This document shows positions 57,032 to 59,084 of a stretch of 59,084 nt of DNA, one piece after another. A program made the translations under genes and the position numbers. The DNA is taken from NCBI GenBank assembly GCA_964592935.1, contig CAZQGZ010000001.1:1-59084 (forward strand), given 5' to 3'. Origin of the DNA: an uncultured Chitinophaga sp. GTDB lineage: Bacteria > Bacteroidota > Bacteroidia > Chitinophagales > Chitinophagaceae. Position 1 is the first letter of the stretch. Each line of letters opens with the position of its first letter. Below the pieces are notes generated by a model. The model was given only the letters and a program-made list of their open reading frames with translations, did not search any database and had not been told where the DNA came from.

Positions 57032-58890
57032 CCCTTTCCGCTTTTCAACATATTGCCCCGACCATTCCAGCACAGCCCGGTATTTATAAATATTTTGATG
57101 ATCGCAATGAATTGCTATATGTTGGCAAGGCCAAACACCTGCGCAAAAGAGTAAGTTCCTATTTTACCAAAACTTTTTCCAGTTATAAAACCCATGAACT
57201 GGTACAGCGGATAGCGCGGATTGATTTCACCATTGTGAATTCCGAACAGGATGCTTTTTTACTGGAGAATACCCTGATCAAACAATTCCGGCCCCGGTAT
57301 AATATCAACCTGAAAGACGATAAAACCTACCCGTATATCGTGATCAAAAAAGAACCTTTCCCCCGGGTCTTCCTGACCCGGAAAAAGATCAACGACGGAT
57401 CAGAATACCTGGGTCCTTATACCTCTGTAAAAAAGGTCAGGGAGTTGCTGGAGTTCATCAAACAAACGATCCAGTTAAGAAACTGTTCCCTAAACCTGAC
57501 TGATCATAATATCAAAAAGGGGAAATTTAAAGTCTGCCTCGAGTATCATCTTGGCAATTGCAAAGGCCCCTGCGAAAATTTACAAACAGCCGGAGATTAT
57601 AATGAAAGTCTTTATCTTCTAAAAAACCTGCTCCGGGGAAACCTCGCTCCCGTGATCCGTCATTTTAAAAAAGAAATGAAAGATCTTTCTTCATCACTGG
57701 CTTTTGAAAAAGCTGAACAAGTAAAAAAGAAAATCAGTTTCCTGGAGAATTACCAGGCAAGATCTGTGGTGGCCGGCGCAAAGACCGGAAATATGGATGT
57801 GTTTTCCATATTGAAAGCCCGCTTCCCTTCAGAAAAAGAAAATGCAATTGCCTATGTTAATTACCTGATGGTCCGTAACGGTGCTGTCATACAGACTCAA
57901 ACGAACAAAGTTGAATCACAGCTGGGGGAAAAGATGGAAGAGATACTTGCATTCTCCGTTGCGCAACTGAGAACTATATTTAATAGTGATGCTGCGGAGA
58001 TCATTGTTCCGATATCCATAGTTTACCCGGATCATGAAATAAAGATAACGGTACCTAAAGGCGGCGACCGGAAGAAATTGCTCGAACTTTCCGAAAAAAA
58101 TGCGCAGCATTTTATTGATGAACTGGAAAACAAAGAACGTTTGCAATTAAATATAAAAAGCCCGGACAAGCTGAAGTTGCTGGAACAACTGCAGCGGGAT
58201 CTGCAACTGCCTCAGTTACCTGTTCATATTGAATGTTTTGACAACTCGAATTTCCAGGGCAGTTACCCGGTAGCAGCCATGGTTTGTTTTAAGAACGGGG
58301 AACCCCATAAAAAAGATTACCGGCGTTTTAATATCAAAAGTGTAAAAGGCATTAATGATTTTGCATCCATGAAAGAAACGGTATACAGACGCTATAAAAG
58401 ACTGGCGGATGAAAAAGAATCCTTTCCCCAGCTGGTGATCATTGATGGGGGTAAAGGCCAGTTGAACGCTGCTATAGAAGCGATAACAGAACTTGGACTC
58501 AAAGGACAAATGACCCTGGTGGGCCTCGCTAAAAACGAGGAGGAATTATTTTTCAGCGGCGACAGCGCATCCATGAAACTGGCTTATAACAGCGATACGC
58601 TTAAATTCATCCGCCGCATAAGAGATGAAGTACATCGTTTCGGCATAAATTTTCACCGGCAGAAAAGAAGCCGGGGGGCTTTCAACAACGAACTGGACCA
58701 GATTAACGGGATCGGGAAGGAAACGGCTGAACAATTACTGAAAGAATTCAGATCCCTCAGCAAAATAAAAGAATCACTTGATGATCCCGGGGGAGAAAAA
58801 AAGCTGGAAGCAATCATTGGAAAGGCAAAAACAAAAATCCTGGCCGATCATTTCAGGAACAAACAGAAGAAGGCTGAAAAAAAGGACTAA
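57028..58890 (+). CDS. uvrC: excinuclease ABC subunit C
   Basis: GIY..YVGKAK, YNINLKDDK, IECFDNSN, IDGGKGQL, IRDEVHRF, HhH. Confidence 0.98.
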   Translation: MTLSAFQHIAPTIPAQPGIYKYFDDRNELLYVGKAKHLRKRVSSYFTKTFSSYKTHELVQRIARIDFTIVNSEQDAFLLENTLIKQFRPRYNINLKDDKTYPYIVIKKEPFPRVFLTRKKINDGSEYLGPYTSVKKVRELLEFIKQTIQLRNCSLNLTDHNIKKGKFKVCLEYHLGNCKGPCENLQTAGDYNESLYLLKNLLRGNLAPVIRHFKKEMKDLSSSLAFEKAEQVKKKISFLENYQARSVVAGAKTGNMDVFSILKARFPSEKENAIAYVNYLMVRNGAVIQTQTNKVESQLGEKMEEILAFSVAQLRTIFNSDAAEIIVPISIVYPDHEIKITVPKGGDRKKLLELSEKNAQHFIDELENKERLQLNIKSPDKLKLLEQLQRDLQLPQLPVHIECFDNSNFQGSYPVAAMVCFKNGEPHKKDYRRFNIKSVKGINDFASMKETVYRRYKRLADEKESFPQLVIIDGGKGQLNAAIEAITELGLKGQMTLVGLAKNEEELFFSGDSASMKLAYNSDTLKFIRRIRDEVHRFGINFHRQKRSRGAFNNELDQINGIGKETAEQLLKEFRSLSKIKESLDDPGGEKKLEAIIGKAKTKILADHFRNKQKKAEKKD

Positions 58891-59032
58891 GTAATTACAC
58901 GAAAGAAAAGAAGGGCTTATTCTGCGTTAAAACGGCCCTGCATTCATTTATTCTTTGTTACTTCTACGAAGGGAAATTTCAGATTAAACCTAAGATCCGG
59001 GTGGTCCTTATCTCACTGAAAGCATAATTAAA

Positions 59033-59069
59033 AAAAATGGGGCCAGGATAGAAATCCAGCCCCGTTTTT
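59033..59069. terminator. hairpin, probable bidirectional terminator
   Basis: AAAAATGGGGC...GCCCCGTTTTT. Confidence 0.55.
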
Positions 59070-59084
59070 AAAATCCAATATCCT

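Noticed and set aside
57811-57845. Possible small insertion in uvrC (KARFPSEKE)
   Set aside because: No clear palindrome, and it cannot be verified without an alignment.

Overview
This is a 59-kb chromosomal window from a Bacteroidota bacterium, most likely Chitinophagaceae-like. Support for that call: gldB, a Bat/MoxR cluster, TonB and DUF5686 proteins, TAnnTTTG promoters and Gln at +1 of many secreted proteins. It is mostly housekeeping: glyQS (partial), dtd, arfB, glpKDF, rsgA, moxR-DUF58-batA, nadE, icd, nadC, gpmI and uvrC. Five things stand out. (1) A dense population of intergenic elements built from inverted 7-, 8- and 9-mer tandem arrays; many begin exactly at stop codons, one still carries a four-helix-bundle (23S-IVP/bAvd-like) gene, and small palindromes are inserted in-frame in CDSs. 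(2) An AT-rich island with a TPR sensor kinase, a NarL-type regulator, a perfect 7-2-7 operator and three secreted MORN-repeat proteins with a shared N-terminus and different C-termini. (3) A creD/wHTH regulon with two identically placed ACTTTG-N5-CAAAGT operators. (4) A TPPP-ending membrane-anchored ORF whose stop codon lies in a hairpin upstream of a TonB receptor. (5) An ECF sigma factor with a probable dual-membrane-spanning anti-sigma. No rRNA, tRNA, CRISPR array or transposase was seen. All family calls come from motif recognition by eye, not from database searches.
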